A stretch of DNA of 58,586 bases, from the NCBI GenBank assembly GCA_009692745.1, contig SHYO01000003.1:1-58586 (forward strand), in the 5' to 3' direction. A program made the position numbers and the translations under genes. The stretch is from Chloroflexota bacterium (GTDB taxonomy: Bacteria; Chloroflexota; Anaerolineae; Epilineales; SHYO01). This document shows, piece after piece, positions 38,978-49,252 of this stretch. Under the pieces are notes generated by a model that had not been told where the DNA came from, did not search any database, and worked only from the letters and a program-made list of their open reading frames with translations. Positions within the stretch are counted from its first letter, which is position 1. Every line of letters begins with the position of its first letter.

Positions 38978-39802
38978 ATGAGGAATATTAAAAGAGATTA
39001 TACCATTGCAGTGCTGGATACGTCTTTAAATGTCCTGGAAACGTTCGTGCGCTTTGGAGGGGGAGATCACAGTATTAGTGAGATTGCTGATTACCTGGGT
39101 TGTAATCGCAGCCGAACCTTCAGAATTTTGCAAACGTTGGAACGTCACGGGTTTGTAGAACAAAACCTGAAGACGCGCAAGTATCGCCTGGGAATGAAAC
39201 TGTTGGCGTTGGGTGAAATGGTATTGCAGCAGCTCGACCCTGTGGAAACCGCGAAGCCGGTCATGGCGGATCTGGCCATGAAGACGAAAGCTACTGCCTG
39301 CCTGGGGATACGAGAAGGTAGTGAGAGCGTGTATGTGGCTATACAAAAATGGCAGGATGGCAGTGGACAGAGCGAGGTGGGCAAGCGGATCTCATTGGCG
39401 GGTAGGGGTTTATCTCAGGTATTAATAGCTTTTACGCCCGCGGAGGAGCAGAGTAAAATCTTGCAGCAGTTGGGACAGAATGCGGCTGCCACAATAATCC
39501 TTGATCGGGAGCAGTTGCAGGGTGCTTGGGATCGCGTCCGGTCACAGGGATATGCTTTAGATGACCATGACCTCCAGAGTGGCGCGCATTCGGTTGCAGC
39601 GCCGATCTATAATCACACAGGCCAGGTAATTGCGGCCCTGGGGATTGAAAAAAGCAACGGTTATTTTGATGGAGCTTACATTTCAGATATCGTGCAACAG
39701 TTAACGGATGCGGCCGCTAATATTTCGGCCCGTTTGGGCTACCAGTTAGGTGGACATCCACGGGGACAGACCTCCGCCACTGCAGACTTGGAGATGGCAT
39801 AA
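38978..39802 (+). CDS. IclR family transcriptional regulator
   Basis: N-terminal HTH (ISEIA..LG..RS..FRILQTL..GFV..Y.LG) and C-terminal GYA.D..SVAAPI. Confidence 0.92.
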   Translation: MRNIKRDYTIAVLDTSLNVLETFVRFGGGDHSISEIADYLGCNRSRTFRILQTLERHGFVEQNLKTRKYRLGMKLLALGEMVLQQLDPVETAKPVMADLAMKTKATACLGIREGSESVYVAIQKWQDGSGQSEVGKRISLAGRGLSQVLIAFTPAEEQSKILQQLGQNAAATIILDREQLQGAWDRVRSQGYALDDHDLQSGAHSVAAPIYNHTGQVIAALGIEKSNGYFDGAYISDIVQQLTDAAANISARLGYQLGGHPRGQTSATADLEMA

Positions 39803-39904
39803 TCTGGCGGTACGGTTACGCGCTAATTATCCTGAGGAGACTGGCAAGCCTTCCGCTGGGTAATATATTTCCCCTCTTAACGTCGGATAAAGGGTTTTTT
39901 GGTT

Positions 39905-41200
39905 ATGGTGGAATGTGATCATTGCAAGGCACAAGTGCAGGCGGGGGAGGTCTTTTGCACTCGCTGTGGGCGCGCTCTTAGCTATGGAGCGATGCACCTG
40001 GATCGCTCCATTTTACAACGCCAACCCGGCTGGGTGTGGCTGGCGGGTGTCAGCGGCGTTGCTCTGCTATGCCTGCTGTTTATCTTGGCTTTGACAATGG
40101 CAGCGGTATACGAGGGTATGGCAGAAAGATCAATGGCCAGCACTGCTGCTGCAGGATATTATGCGCAACAGGCCGCGGCTTTTCAACAGCAAGGGCGGCT
40201 GGAATGGGCTCTGGCAGCGATCGAAGAAGCATTGAAATATGCCCCAGAGGATCGACACCTGCTGGAGCAGCGCAGCCAGGTACAGCAGCAATTGCAGACG
40301 CAGACGGTCCAGGATAATAAGGCTAAGGGACCGGAACTTGCTGTGCGTTTGACGGAAGCACAGCAGGAATATAATGATGGTAACTGGGCCGCCACCATTG
40401 CTACGTTAGATCCCTTGCGGGCGAACATGAGCGCGGAAGACGAAGCCGGTCAATTACTTTTTGGCGCGTATTATAACCAGGGTTTACAGCAATTGGCTGC
40501 CGATCAAGTCGCGGAAGCGTTGGGGAGTTTTGAGAAGGCGTATGCTTTGAACCCCGACAATCCTAATGCGGCAGGAGAGATGCGCCTGGTGTATTTATAT
40601 CTGGCAGGTGTTAAAGCAGTAGCCGAAAAGAGCTGGACTGAGGCTATCTCCAATTTGCGCCAGCTCTATCAGCTCTTCCCTGAGTATAGGGATGTGCAGA
40701 TTCAGTTGCAAGATGCTTATTTCCAGGTGGGAGATCAATATAGCAGCGAGGAAGAATGGTGCTTTGCGGCAGATGTATATACCCTGGGCGTTGAAGTGAG
40801 ATCGAATAGCCGGATTACCAGCAAAAGAGATTTGGCGCGGGCCCGCTGCCAGGCACTGAATACGCCTCCTCGCCTTACACCCACGCCAGCTTTGGCTTCA
40901 AGTGATTACCATTTTATGGTGAAAATGGGACTTGTATATCCGATTATCAAGGATCAAATACACATTCGCGGGCGTGTAGTGACGGCTGATGAAAAGCCTA
41001 TTCCAGGAGTGGAGGTGGTGTTGTCGGCTGTTGATTGGTCAGTCCAGGAAGTGACGGACAAGAACGGTCTATTTGCTTTCGACGGGCTGAAAAATCCGGG
41101 AATCTACCGGTTGAGCCTGCCTAATATGGCAGTTGATGCAGTGCAAGTGGCTGCAGAGTGGGGGAAACAGGTGCAGGTGGAATTTGTGGAAGTCCCTTAA
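39905..41200 (+). CDS. Zinc-ribbon + TM + TPR protein with C-terminal carboxypeptidase-regulatory-like beta domain
   Basis: CDHC..CTRC, one TM, TPR-like helices (AL..AP, A..L.P.N), IRGRV...PIPGV.V...TD.NG.F.F. Confidence 0.75.
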   Translation: MVECDHCKAQVQAGEVFCTRCGRALSYGAMHLDRSILQRQPGWVWLAGVSGVALLCLLFILALTMAAVYEGMAERSMASTAAAGYYAQQAAAFQQQGRLEWALAAIEEALKYAPEDRHLLEQRSQVQQQLQTQTVQDNKAKGPELAVRLTEAQQEYNDGNWAATIATLDPLRANMSAEDEAGQLLFGAYYNQGLQQLAADQVAEALGSFEKAYALNPDNPNAAGEMRLVYLYLAGVKAVAEKSWTEAISNLRQLYQLFPEYRDVQIQLQDAYFQVGDQYSSEEEWCFAADVYTLGVEVRSNSRITSKRDLARARCQALNTPPRLTPTPALASSDYHFMVKMGLVYPIIKDQIHIRGRVVTADEKPIPGVEVVLSAVDWSVQEVTDKNGLFAFDGLKNPGIYRLSLPNMAVDAVQVAAEWGKQVQVEFVEVP

Positions 41201-41221
41201 ATTCTTAGATTCGTTTAGTAT

Positions 41222-41250
41222 TTGACACTGTCTGGCAAGTGGCATATAAT
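41222..41250 (+). promoter_or_regulatory. Perfect consensus sigma70/A promoter
   Basis: TTGACA-17 nt-TATAAT. Confidence 0.85.
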
Positions 41251-41256
41251 CTAGGG

Positions 41257-41538
41257 CGATATGTGCCCAAATCACTGCCCAATTTGGGCAATACATTATA
41301 CCTAGAATTAATGAGACGTACGGTATAGTGAACGCCGAGAGGAAACGAGTTCGGCCCTTCCGGTCGCTGTATTATATATCAGTTTGGTATGAGACCGGAG
41401 ATCTATTGACTTTTGCAGTGCCAAATGTCAGGGGAAAAAGAAATCGTGAGGCGCTGAACTTAGGCTATCCTAGCCTTCATCTCGGTTCCTACCTTTGGGC
41501 GCAATCTTAAAGGTTGGCATAAGCCGAGATGTTTTTTT
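41257..41538 (+). ncRNA. Candidate structured sRNA or attenuating leader upstream of the S1 gene
   Basis: Starts just after the consensus promoter, contains several hairpins, and ends in a CATCTCGGTT/AGCCGAGATG stem plus T7. No known family recognised. Confidence 0.4.
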
Positions 41539-41669
41539 AACCCTGGTTCGAGAGTTGAGTAAGGCTGGTAGGGCATTAACTATGATGCGACCGGTTATGG
41601 GCTTCTGGGTGAATCTGTCAAATAGGATTGAGTTTTTCCTTAAAGATAGAATGATTGAAGGAGCGTAAG

Positions 41670-42779
41670 ATGGGGATGGAGACCGGTGCCAGATCTCCAT
41701 TGGGGGGACCACTGGATGATGGCTACTGGGAAGCGCTTTTCCATCAGGGAGAAGAAGCTGCACCCATAGATCCTGAGTTTATTGATTCCCTGAATGGAGA
41801 TGGTCTTAGAAAAACAAATTCAGGCTCCCCAAGAGTGCCATCTGATAATGGGACGGGATTCGCTAATGGAGTTGGGTATCCCAGACGCTTCGAGCAAGAA
41901 AAGAGAGATTGGGAAGATCTACGCCGGCGGCTTGAAAATAGTGAAATCCTATTAATCCAGGTTATCGGTTTTAACAAAGGTGGATTGTTAGTTCGGATCG
42001 GTGAGGTGGATGGCTTTGTCCCGGCTTCCCAATTGTGTAATCTCCCCCGGCGTTTGAGCCCTGAGGAGTTGCAGCACGAAATGGAACGGCGTGTCGGGAA
42101 GTTTTTAAATCTTAAAATTGTGGAGTTGGATGCGACGCGAGATCGTTTAATCCTTTCCGAAAGGGCCACGACTGCGGAGGGCCAGAAAGCCGCCCAGCTA
42201 TTAGAGGGATTGACCGAAGGCCAAGTCTGCATGGGCAAGGTGCGGAATGTAACTGAATTCGGCGCCTTTATTGATTTGGGGGGGGTAGATGGACTGGTTC
42301 ATATTTCGGAGATGTCTTGGGGGAGGGTAGATCATCCCAGCCAAATTCTGGAAGTCAGCCAGGAAGTCAAAGTCTATATCATGAGTGTGGATTATGAGCG
42401 TAAGCGTATTGCTCTGAGTTTGAAGCGCCTTTATCCAGACCCTTGGAGTAGTGTCGAAAAGCGCTATTCCGTAGGGCAATTGATCCAGGGAGAAATCACG
42501 AATGTAGTCGATTTTGGCGCATTTGCTCGTCTGGAAGAAGGATTAGAAGGGCTTGTTCACATCTCTGAATTGGCCGAAGGCAGTTTCTTGCATCCGCGTA
42601 ATGTGGTCCGTGAAGGCGATATTGTCACAGTGCGGGTGTTGCATATAGATAGTAGTCGCCATCGCCTGGCTCTAAGTTTACGCCAGGTAGCCAATCCTGA
42701 CTCCGAACCCAGGGAAGACTATCATTATCCGCCGGATAGCTTCTATCCACCTGATGATTATGATATAGAGAGGGGGTGA
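41670..42779 (+). CDS. S1 RNA-binding protein (short bS1-like, three S1 domains)
   Basis: NKGGL..GFVPASQ, FGAFIDLGGVDGLVHISE, FGAFARL..G.EGLVHISE; acidic N-terminal extension. Confidence 0.88.
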   Translation: MGMETGARSPLGGPLDDGYWEALFHQGEEAAPIDPEFIDSLNGDGLRKTNSGSPRVPSDNGTGFANGVGYPRRFEQEKRDWEDLRRRLENSEILLIQVIGFNKGGLLVRIGEVDGFVPASQLCNLPRRLSPEELQHEMERRVGKFLNLKIVELDATRDRLILSERATTAEGQKAAQLLEGLTEGQVCMGKVRNVTEFGAFIDLGGVDGLVHISEMSWGRVDHPSQILEVSQEVKVYIMSVDYERKRIALSLKRLYPDPWSSVEKRYSVGQLIQGEITNVVDFGAFARLEEGLEGLVHISELAEGSFLHPRNVVREGDIVTVRVLHIDSSRHRLALSLRQVANPDSEPREDYHYPPDSFYPPDDYDIERG

Positions 42780-42785
42780 TAGGAC

Positions 42786-42989
42786 ATGGCGACTGTAACT
42801 TTAAAGTCCGGAGAGTCACAAGAAGAGCTGTTACGCCGTTTTCGTAAGAAAGTAGCCGAAAGCCAGATTTTGAGCACATACCGCCAAAAGCGGTGGTTTG
42901 TTTCTAAAGGGGAGTTGCGGCGTAAGCAAAAGAAGCGCGCAGCTCGAAAAATTGCACGACAGCAGCGCAAGACAGGCGAACCGTTCTAG
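42786..42989 (+). CDS. rpsU: 30S ribosomal protein bS21
   Basis: V...GES.E.LLRRFRKKV...R.KRWF.SK.E.RR. Confidence 0.9.
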   Translation: MATVTLKSGESQEELLRRFRKKVAESQILSTYRQKRWFVSKGELRRKQKKRAARKIARQQRKTGEPF

Positions 42990-43024
42990 GCTGCGGTTAT
43001 GTGCAATGGAGGAGCAATACCTCG

Positions 43025-45442
43025 ATGCCACGCAAAAGCCGGGAGCCGGCCAAGCCGGAAATACAGCGGCCGGGTTTTACCTTGGCTCCCGAGCGCCAAC
43101 AACAGATAATTGGGTTGTTATTGGCTGGGGTAGGGGCTCTTAGCCTACTATCTTTGGTTTCAGTCAGTCCTGGTAGCTTAACTGACCGCTGGGCGTTTTT
43201 CCTGCGGTCAGTTTTTGGTTGGGGAGCTTTTGTCGTTGCCGGGATACTGCTGTGGATCGGGGGGGACCTGTTCCAACGTGTGCTGCGCCGCGGGGTGCAG
43301 GTGGTAAGCTGGGAGCAGGTAGCGGCCTTGGAGGCCACGGTGGTAGCAGGGTTAGGATTGCTCCATATGTGGGCATTGCCCCAGGATCCGCTGGCATTAG
43401 CGGATAGCGGCGGGGGCGGTGGGTATATCGGTTGGGCCTTGAGCCGCATCTTGAGCCAGTGGCTGTCCCCCGTCGGAGCCATGATGGTTTTTCTCTTTAT
43501 TATCCTTGGCAGCCAGGCAATGATCGGGCAAAAATCCCCCCTGGCAGCGCTGGCCCGCTGGTTGGAGCGCCTGGCGCAACAACCGGAAGTCGGGGTAAGC
43601 GCAGAGATGGCGAGTAATTCTGCCGCCACGGTTGCTTTGGCTGCACCGGCAGCAGGTATAGCGGAAAAGCCGGTAGGGCCCCTGGCAGATGAGACGCCCC
43701 AACGAGCGGGGAAAAAGGGAAATGCACCGGCGAAACCCAAGCAAGCGCGTCCAAAAGATCCCGCGCGCAGTATGAAAGATCTTCAATCCGATGGGGAGTT
43801 GCCCCCGCTATCTTTGTTAGAGGCGGCGGCGCCACTGGTTTCAAAAGATGCGGATAACCGCGCCCGGGCCGAAATAATTGAATCTACCCTGGCCAGCTTT
43901 GGCGTCCCGGCCAGGGTCGTGCAAATCAACTATGGCCCAACGATTACTCAATTTGGGGTTGAGCCCCAATTTCTGGAAAAGCGTAGCTCAGACGGCGAGA
44001 CGCGGAAGCGCAAGGTACGGGTTAGCCGGATCACTTCTCTCTCTAATGATCTGGCGCTGGCATTGGCGGCGCCCTCCATCCGGATCGAGGCTCCTGTGCC
44101 GGGGCGGCCATATGTGGGCATTGAGGTGCCCAATAGTAAGCCTTCCCTGGTATCTATGCGGTTGATTATGGAATCAGAGGCTTACCAACGCCACCCCTCG
44201 CGTTTGAAAATGACGTTAGGCCAGGATGTGGCGGGCAATCCCGTTGTGGCAGACCTGGCTACTATGCCGCACTGTTTAATAGCGGGAGCCACTGGTTCGG
44301 GAAAATCCGTGTGTGTGAATAGTATGATTGCCTCACTCCTCTTTAATAATACCCCCCAGGAATTACAAATGATCCTGGTGGACCCAAAACGGGTGGAATT
44401 GACAGGATTTAACGGGGTGCCCCATCTGATCGCACCGGTTGTAGTGGAAACGGAAAAAGTGGTGGGGGCTTTGCGCTGGATGGTAATGCAAATGGACCAG
44501 CGTTACCGCGAGTTTGAGAAAGCCCAGGCGCGGAATATCACCCAGTATAATGAGATACGGGTGCGCCGGGATGAGGCCAAAATGTCCAATATTGTGGTGG
44601 TCATCGATGAATTGGCCGATCTCATGATGGTGGCGCCGGATGAGACCGAGCGACTGATATGTCGCCTGGCACAGATGGCGCGGGCGACGGGAATTCACCT
44701 GATTTTGGCGACGCAACGGCCATCGGTGGATGTGGTTACCGGGTTGATTAAGGCGAATTTTCCCACGCGGATCAGCTTCGCGGTGTCGAGCCAGGTGGAT
44801 TCGCGGGTGATTCTGGACAGTCCGGGAGCAGAAAAATTGCTAGGCCGTGGAGATATGCTATACTTAAGTGCTGATGCCCCCCAGCCGGTGCGCTTGCAGG
44901 GGGTATTCGTTTCAAACCAGGAGCTTAGCCATCTGGTACGCTTCTGGAAACTCAAAGCTTTACAAATCCTGGCAGCAGATTCTGCCTCAAGGGAGGATGA
45001 TACCCTTTTCAAAGAGGGAGCGGCCCTTATAAAAGGGGAGAGAGTCGCACCGAGAAGGAAAAATGTGTCTGCCGCAGCAGAGGATACGCCTCCCTGGGAA
45101 GGGATGTTCAAGGGCAATAGTGGCGCCGAAGGGGATCAGGGGTTGATTACGCAGGCTATTGACCAGATAAAGCAGCAAGAGTATACTTCGATTTCCTTTC
45201 TTCAAAGAAAATTACGCATTGGTTACCCGCGGGCTGCGCGCCTGGTAGACGAGATGATCGATAGTGGTACGGTAATTCAGGAAGCCAACGGGCGGTTACG
45301 AGTGGCCCGCGAAGACGTGGCCCAATCAGGTATGGGGAAGCAGGCCGGTGCGCTTTTGGACGATGACGAGTGGGAGGCTGAAATAAATATTACAGAACAG
45401 AATAGGAGGTTGCATGGCAAAGAAGACGGCCCAGGCAAGTAA
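43025..45442 (+). CDS. ftsK: DNA translocase FtsK/SpoIIIE
   Basis: N-terminal TMs, [25 protein letters not shown], gamma domain [15 protein letters not shown]. Confidence 0.96.
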   Translation: MPRKSREPAKPEIQRPGFTLAPERQQQIIGLLLAGVGALSLLSLVSVSPGSLTDRWAFFLRSVFGWGAFVVAGILLWIGGDLFQRVLRRGVQVVSWEQVAALEATVVAGLGLLHMWALPQDPLALADSGGGGGYIGWALSRILSQWLSPVGAMMVFLFIILGSQAMIGQKSPLAALARWLERLAQQPEVGVSAEMASNSAATVALAAPAAGIAEKPVGPLADETPQRAGKKGNAPAKPKQARPKDPARSMKDLQSDGELPPLSLLEAAAPLVSKDADNRARAEIIESTLASFGVPARVVQINYGPTITQFGVEPQFLEKRSSDGETRKRKVRVSRITSLSNDLALALAAPSIRIEAPVPGRPYVGIEVPNSKPSLVSMRLIMESEAYQRHPSRLKMTLGQDVAGNPVVADLATMPHCLIAGATGSGKSVCVNSMIASLLFNNTPQELQMILVDPKRVELTGFNGVPHLIAPVVVETEKVVGALRWMVMQMDQRYREFEKAQARNITQYNEIRVRRDEAKMSNIVVVIDELADLMMVAPDETERLICRLAQMARATGIHLILATQRPSVDVVTGLIKANFPTRISFAVSSQVDSRVILDSPGAEKLLGRGDMLYLSADAPQPVRLQGVFVSNQELSHLVRFWKLKALQILAADSASREDDTLFKEGAALIKGERVAPRRKNVSAAAEDTPPWEGMFKGNSGAEGDQGLITQAIDQIKQQEYTSISFLQRKLRIGYPRAARLVDEMIDSGTVIQEANGRLRVAREDVAQSGMGKQAGALLDDDEWEAEINITEQNRRLHGKEDGPGK

Positions 45443-45674
45443 GATACCACAGAAGAAGGAAGAAGATACAATCGAGGTAGAGGGAATGATAACTGAAGCT
45501 TTACCCAATGCTAATTTCAGGGTAACGCTGGACAATGGCCATTCTGTGCTGGCGTATATTTCCGGCAAGATGCGTGTTTATTATATCCGTATCCTGCTGG
45601 GCGACCGGGTACGAGTGGAGCTTTCCCCTTATGATTTAACCCGAGGCAGGATCGTGTACCGGTATCGTAATTAA
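45414..45674 (+). CDS. infA: Translation initiation factor IF-1
   Basis: EALPNA.FRV.LDNGH...SGKMR...[21 protein letters not shown]. Confidence 0.97.
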   Translation: MAKKTAQASKIPQKKEEDTIEVEGMITEALPNANFRVTLDNGHSVLAYISGKMRVYYIRILLGDRVRVELSPYDLTRGRIVYRYRN

Positions 45675-45714
45675 CCCACGCTTTTTCACCGTTCCATACA
45701 TTGAAACCTGAATT

Positions 45715-46824
45715 TTAGTCGTCCGAAAGAGCGCTCATCCACCGTTTATCTAGCGTCACCCCCAGGCCCGGCCCGGAGAGCAGATCCCAGTGACCGTCAG
45801 GTGGTTCCTGGGAGAAGATAGGGTCGGCCAGAATGTCCCCCGTGAAAAGTAACGGGGCTATCAGTTCACAGGCGTGGGAGACACTGCGGGTAGCGCAGGC
45901 AAAGTGGAGGTGGGCAGCGGTTCCTAATCCCATCTCCAACATGCTCCCCACGGTACAGGATAAACCTGCCGCTTCCGCTATGGCCGCGATACGCTTGGCG
46001 CCCGCCAAACCAGACTTACAGGGTTCCACATTAAGCATATCGGCGGCGCGAAATTTGATCAGCGCAATCACATCTTCGGGAGTAAAGGCGCTTTCATCGG
46101 CCATCACCGGAGTATCAAGGGCGGCACACAGCCGGGACATGCCATCCAGATCCCACCTTGGCACCGGCTGCTCAATATACTCCAAGTCGTACCGTTCCAA
46201 TTTCCTGAGCATTGGCAGCGCCTCGTCCCAGCGATAAGCTTCGTTGGCATCCACCCGCAGTTTGATGTCGGGACCAATAGCATCGCGTACAGCAGCAACA
46301 TGCTCCAGGTCGACTCGGGGACCAGCCCCGATCTTTACCTTGATGGCTGCAAAACCAGAAGCTACAAAATGTACCGCATCCTGTACCATCTCCGCAGTGG
46401 ATTTTATGCCGATCGAGTATCCCAAGGGCACCCGAGTGCGCACGGCTCCGCCTAGTAAATAATAGACGGGGACTTTGAGTATCTTTCCCATGAGATCATA
46501 TAAAGCGATATCGATGCCCGCCTTGGCCAAAGGATGTCCCGGGACGGCCCGCGCCATGCTGGATTCGATGCGCTCCAGATTAAAGGGGTGCTGGCCGATA
46601 AGCACAGGGCGCAGAAAGTCGCGAATGATATGCAATATGGAATCTTGTGTCTCGTAGGCATAACCGATAGGGAAGGGAGTGGCTTCGCCCAGGCCGTAAT
46701 CACCATCATCTGTAGTAATTTTGACCAATACATGCTGGGCGGTGTCGGCGATCCCGCTGGAAATGCCCCAGGGTTTGCGGTAAGGTAGATTGGCGGGACA
46801 GGCTTTAACGCTGGTAATCTGCAT
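45715..46824 (-). CDS. Enolase superfamily enzyme, MLE/dipeptide-epimerase subgroup
   Basis: GLGEA, KVK, DANE, EQP, ADES, GSMLE, GPGLG. Confidence 0.9.
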   Translation of the reverse strand: MQITSVKACPANLPYRKPWGISSGIADTAQHVLVKITTDDGDYGLGEATPFPIGYAYETQDSILHIIRDFLRPVLIGQHPFNLERIESSMARAVPGHPLAKAGIDIALYDLMGKILKVPVYYLLGGAVRTRVPLGYSIGIKSTAEMVQDAVHFVASGFAAIKVKIGAGPRVDLEHVAAVRDAIGPDIKLRVDANEAYRWDEALPMLRKLERYDLEYIEQPVPRWDLDGMSRLCAALDTPVMADESAFTPEDVIALIKFRAADMLNVEPCKSGLAGAKRIAAIAEAAGLSCTVGSMLEMGLGTAAHLHFACATRSVSHACELIAPLLFTGDILADPIFSQEPPDGHWDLLSGPGLGVTLDKRWMSALSDD

Positions 46825-46859
46825 AAGTATGGGCTCCGGCGGATCGTAGGTTGGAAAGT

Positions 46860-46894
46860 TTACGGGTACCTTGATTGGCTCAAGGTACCCGTAA
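46860..46894. repeat. 15-bp perfect inverted repeat between co-oriented genes (terminator or mRNA-stabilising stem)
   Basis: TTACGGGTACCTTGA-ttggc-TCAAGGTACCCGTAA. Confidence 0.7.
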
Positions 46895-46898
46895 TGTG

Positions 46899-47834
46899 TT
46901 AAGCATGGGAAAGGGCGAGGGTAGCCGCCCGGCGTTGGGCTTGAGCGACGATATCGACGCCCACCATTTCACTCCAGGCTTGCTGCAGGCGTTTCACCAC
47001 AGGTCCTGGCTTGCCATCGCCGATGACGTACCCATTGAATTTTGTGGCAGGGAGAATACAGTAGGATGTGCTGCAGAAGAAGGCTTCTTCGGCAGTGATG
47101 ACGTGGTAGGGTTGCAGGTCTTCCTCTGCCGTCGCGATGCCCAGCTTAGCGCCTAACTCCAGGACGGTAGCGCGGCTGATGCCGGCCAATGCGTTGCGGG
47201 TGGTGGGCGTGCGCAATACACCATCTTTGACCAGGAAGAAATTAGCGCCCTTGTTTTCGGAGAGATTGCCATAGATATCCAATAGAATGGAGAAGCCCTC
47301 CGGATCTACTTCCTTGACTTCGAACTCCGCCAGGCTCATGAAGAGGCGGTCCCGGTGCTTGATCTTGGGGTCTAGCGATTGGGGAGGGATATGGCGGGTG
47401 GAAGGGGAGACGGCATGCACGCCGGTGTTGTAGAGATGGGCGTAGGCAGTGAAATCCAGGGGGGTACTATTGATGATCATGGTAGGGGCACCGAATTCCC
47501 ACTTACCGATGGAGCGTAGTAAGCGCCCGCCAGTGGCGGTTTGGCTGAGCCAGACATCCTGGTCGGGTGCCAATAGTGGTTTGTTGGCTTCCAATACTTC
47601 CAGGGTGATATATTCCATGGTTTCGGGGGACATACCCGGATCAATGCGCACAACGCGCATGGTATGGAAGAAGCGGTTGATATGTTCGCGCAATTTAAAA
47701 GGGCGATGATCGAAGGTACGGGCGGAGTCGGTTACCGTATGGCCGAAGCTCAATCCCGAATCTGAATAGTGGATTCTGACCTCCGAATCCGGGACCAGTT
47801 TGCCGTTGAAATAGGTCATCAATTCCTGTGCCAT
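46899..47834 (-). CDS. Aminotransferase class IV (fold-type IV PLP enzyme)
   Basis: YFNGK, H..R, PKIKH, E..GANFF, LAGISR, A.EAFFCST, GDGKPGP. Confidence 0.88.
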   Translation of the reverse strand: MAQELMTYFNGKLVPDSEVRIHYSDSGLSFGHTVTDSARTFDHRPFKLREHINRFFHTMRVVRIDPGMSPETMEYITLEVLEANKPLLAPDQDVWLSQTATGGRLLRSIGKWEFGAPTMIINSTPLDFTAYAHLYNTGVHAVSPSTRHIPPQSLDPKIKHRDRLFMSLAEFEVKEVDPEGFSILLDIYGNLSENKGANFFLVKDGVLRTPTTRNALAGISRATVLELGAKLGIATAEEDLQPYHVITAEEAFFCSTSYCILPATKFNGYVIGDGKPGPVVKRLQQAWSEMVGVDIVAQAQRRAATLALSHA

Positions 47835-47851
47835 CAGACTATTCCTTTCAG

Positions 47852-48919
47852 TTATCGTATCAAGGGCAATTCAATTAATTTGCCGGTATGGCTGGAGAGA
47901 ATGGCGGCCTGGCCCAGCTCGACGGCCGCGCGGCCATCCTCGCCGGTGACTGCCGGGGTGCGGTCTTCGCGGATAGCATTGACGAATTCCTGGTTCTGGG
48001 CGCTGAAGGAGCCCAGGCGGATGGGATCCAGCGGATCCATAGAGTTAAAGGTCGGTTGTGTCATAATGCGTTCCCATTTGCCATCGGGCGTGCCGAGGTC
48101 CAGGTGGGTATAACCGTCAAAATCGAGGAGTCCCTGCTCACCGATCACCTGGGTTCTAAAGGTGTTTTGGGGGAAGGAGACGCCGGGAGTTTCCATACAG
48201 ACCCAAAGCTGTCCTGCCGCGCCGTTGGCAAAGGCGACCTGGGCTTGCAAGCTGAGGTCCAGGATGGGAGTGCCTTTGCTGGCAGCGTCCCCATAGGTTT
48301 TCCCCTGGGCAAAGACTTTGGTCCCCTCGCTGCCGATCACCCAGCGCATCATATCGAAACTATGGGTGATCTGGCTGAGGATGATGCCACCGCCAGCCGG
48401 ATCGACGTACCAGGGGCGATCATCGATGGCCTCGACGGTCCAGCGTTTTTCAAGCATCGAGACGACTCGGACCTGCCAGATCTGGCCGATGCGACCTTCT
48501 TCCAGAAGTTGGTGAGCTTTCTGGTGGATAGCGCGAAAACGCTGGCTCTGGATTTGCATGTATTTGACACCAGCCTCACGGCAGGCTTTGATCATCTCAT
48601 CGCACTCAGCTACGCTGGGCGCCATGGGTTTTTCGACCAAAACATGCTTGCCGGCGGCCGCAGCGACTCTGACCTGGGGTAAATGGGCAGGGTCGGGGGT
48701 GGTGATGATGATGCCTTGTATATCCGGCCGGGCAACCAGACCCTCCAGGGATGGCTCAAAATCGGCGCCATAATCCTGGGCCAATTGGGGCGCGCGCTTA
48801 CCTACGGCTACCGCGACCAGCTTACCGCCCTTGACATATTTTGCCAGGGTTTCCGCGTAGGTCCGGGCCATAAAACCGGAGCCGACTAATCCAATGCCTA
48901 TTGTCTGTTGGGTTGCCAT
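47852..48919 (-). CDS. Gfo/Idh/MocA family oxidoreductase
   Basis: GSGFMA, TTP...H, GKHVLVEKP, GGG....H.FD. Start revised to ATG 48919. Confidence 0.92.
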   Translation of the reverse strand: MATQQTIGIGLVGSGFMARTYAETLAKYVKGGKLVAVAVGKRAPQLAQDYGADFEPSLEGLVARPDIQGIIITTPDPAHLPQVRVAAAAGKHVLVEKPMAPSVAECDEMIKACREAGVKYMQIQSQRFRAIHQKAHQLLEEGRIGQIWQVRVVSMLEKRWTVEAIDDRPWYVDPAGGGIILSQITHSFDMMRWVIGSEGTKVFAQGKTYGDAASKGTPILDLSLQAQVAFANGAAGQLWVCMETPGVSFPQNTFRTQVIGEQGLLDFDGYTHLDLGTPDGKWERIMTQPTFNSMDPLDPIRLGSFSAQNQEFVNAIREDRTPAVTGEDGRAAVELGQAAILSSHTGKLIELPLIR

Positions 48920-49009
48920 AGCGATCCTTTGCGGGTAGGAGAATGGGTTTATTGTAGCCCGACACGTTATCGGGGAGGCTGCTAAAATATCCTGGTGCCA
49001 GTTGCCGTC

Positions 49010-49039
49010 ATTATAAGGATATGCCCCGGTAACTGTCAA
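49010..49039 (-). promoter_or_regulatory. Consensus promoter for the Gfo-aminotransferase-enolase genes
   Basis: Minus strand TTGACA-18 nt-TATAAT. Confidence 0.75.
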
Positions 49040-49180
49040 ACACCCAGGGCAAGTGTACGTCTCGTATAGAGGGCTGGGTGCTGGTAAGCATCCCAGCCTC
49101 TCTATATATAAATCTAGAGAAATTTAAGGTTGTCAGAGCATCCATTTCTGCCTGTTTTTACCCTAATGTTAAAAGAGTTC

Positions 49181-49219
49181 CCCATAACCCCCCGTAACTT
49201 TGCCCATAACCCCCCGTAA
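49181..49219. repeat. 17-bp direct repeat, 22-bp period
   Basis: CCCATAACCCCCCGTAA at 49181 and 49203. Confidence 0.85.
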
Positions 49220-49252
49220 ATCCTGGCGCCGGCAATGAGGGGGCGTACTGAT

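Noticed and set aside
40019-40036. Possible third copy of the 17-bp hairpin
   Set aside because: About 4 mismatches, broken symmetry, and in frame within a coding region.
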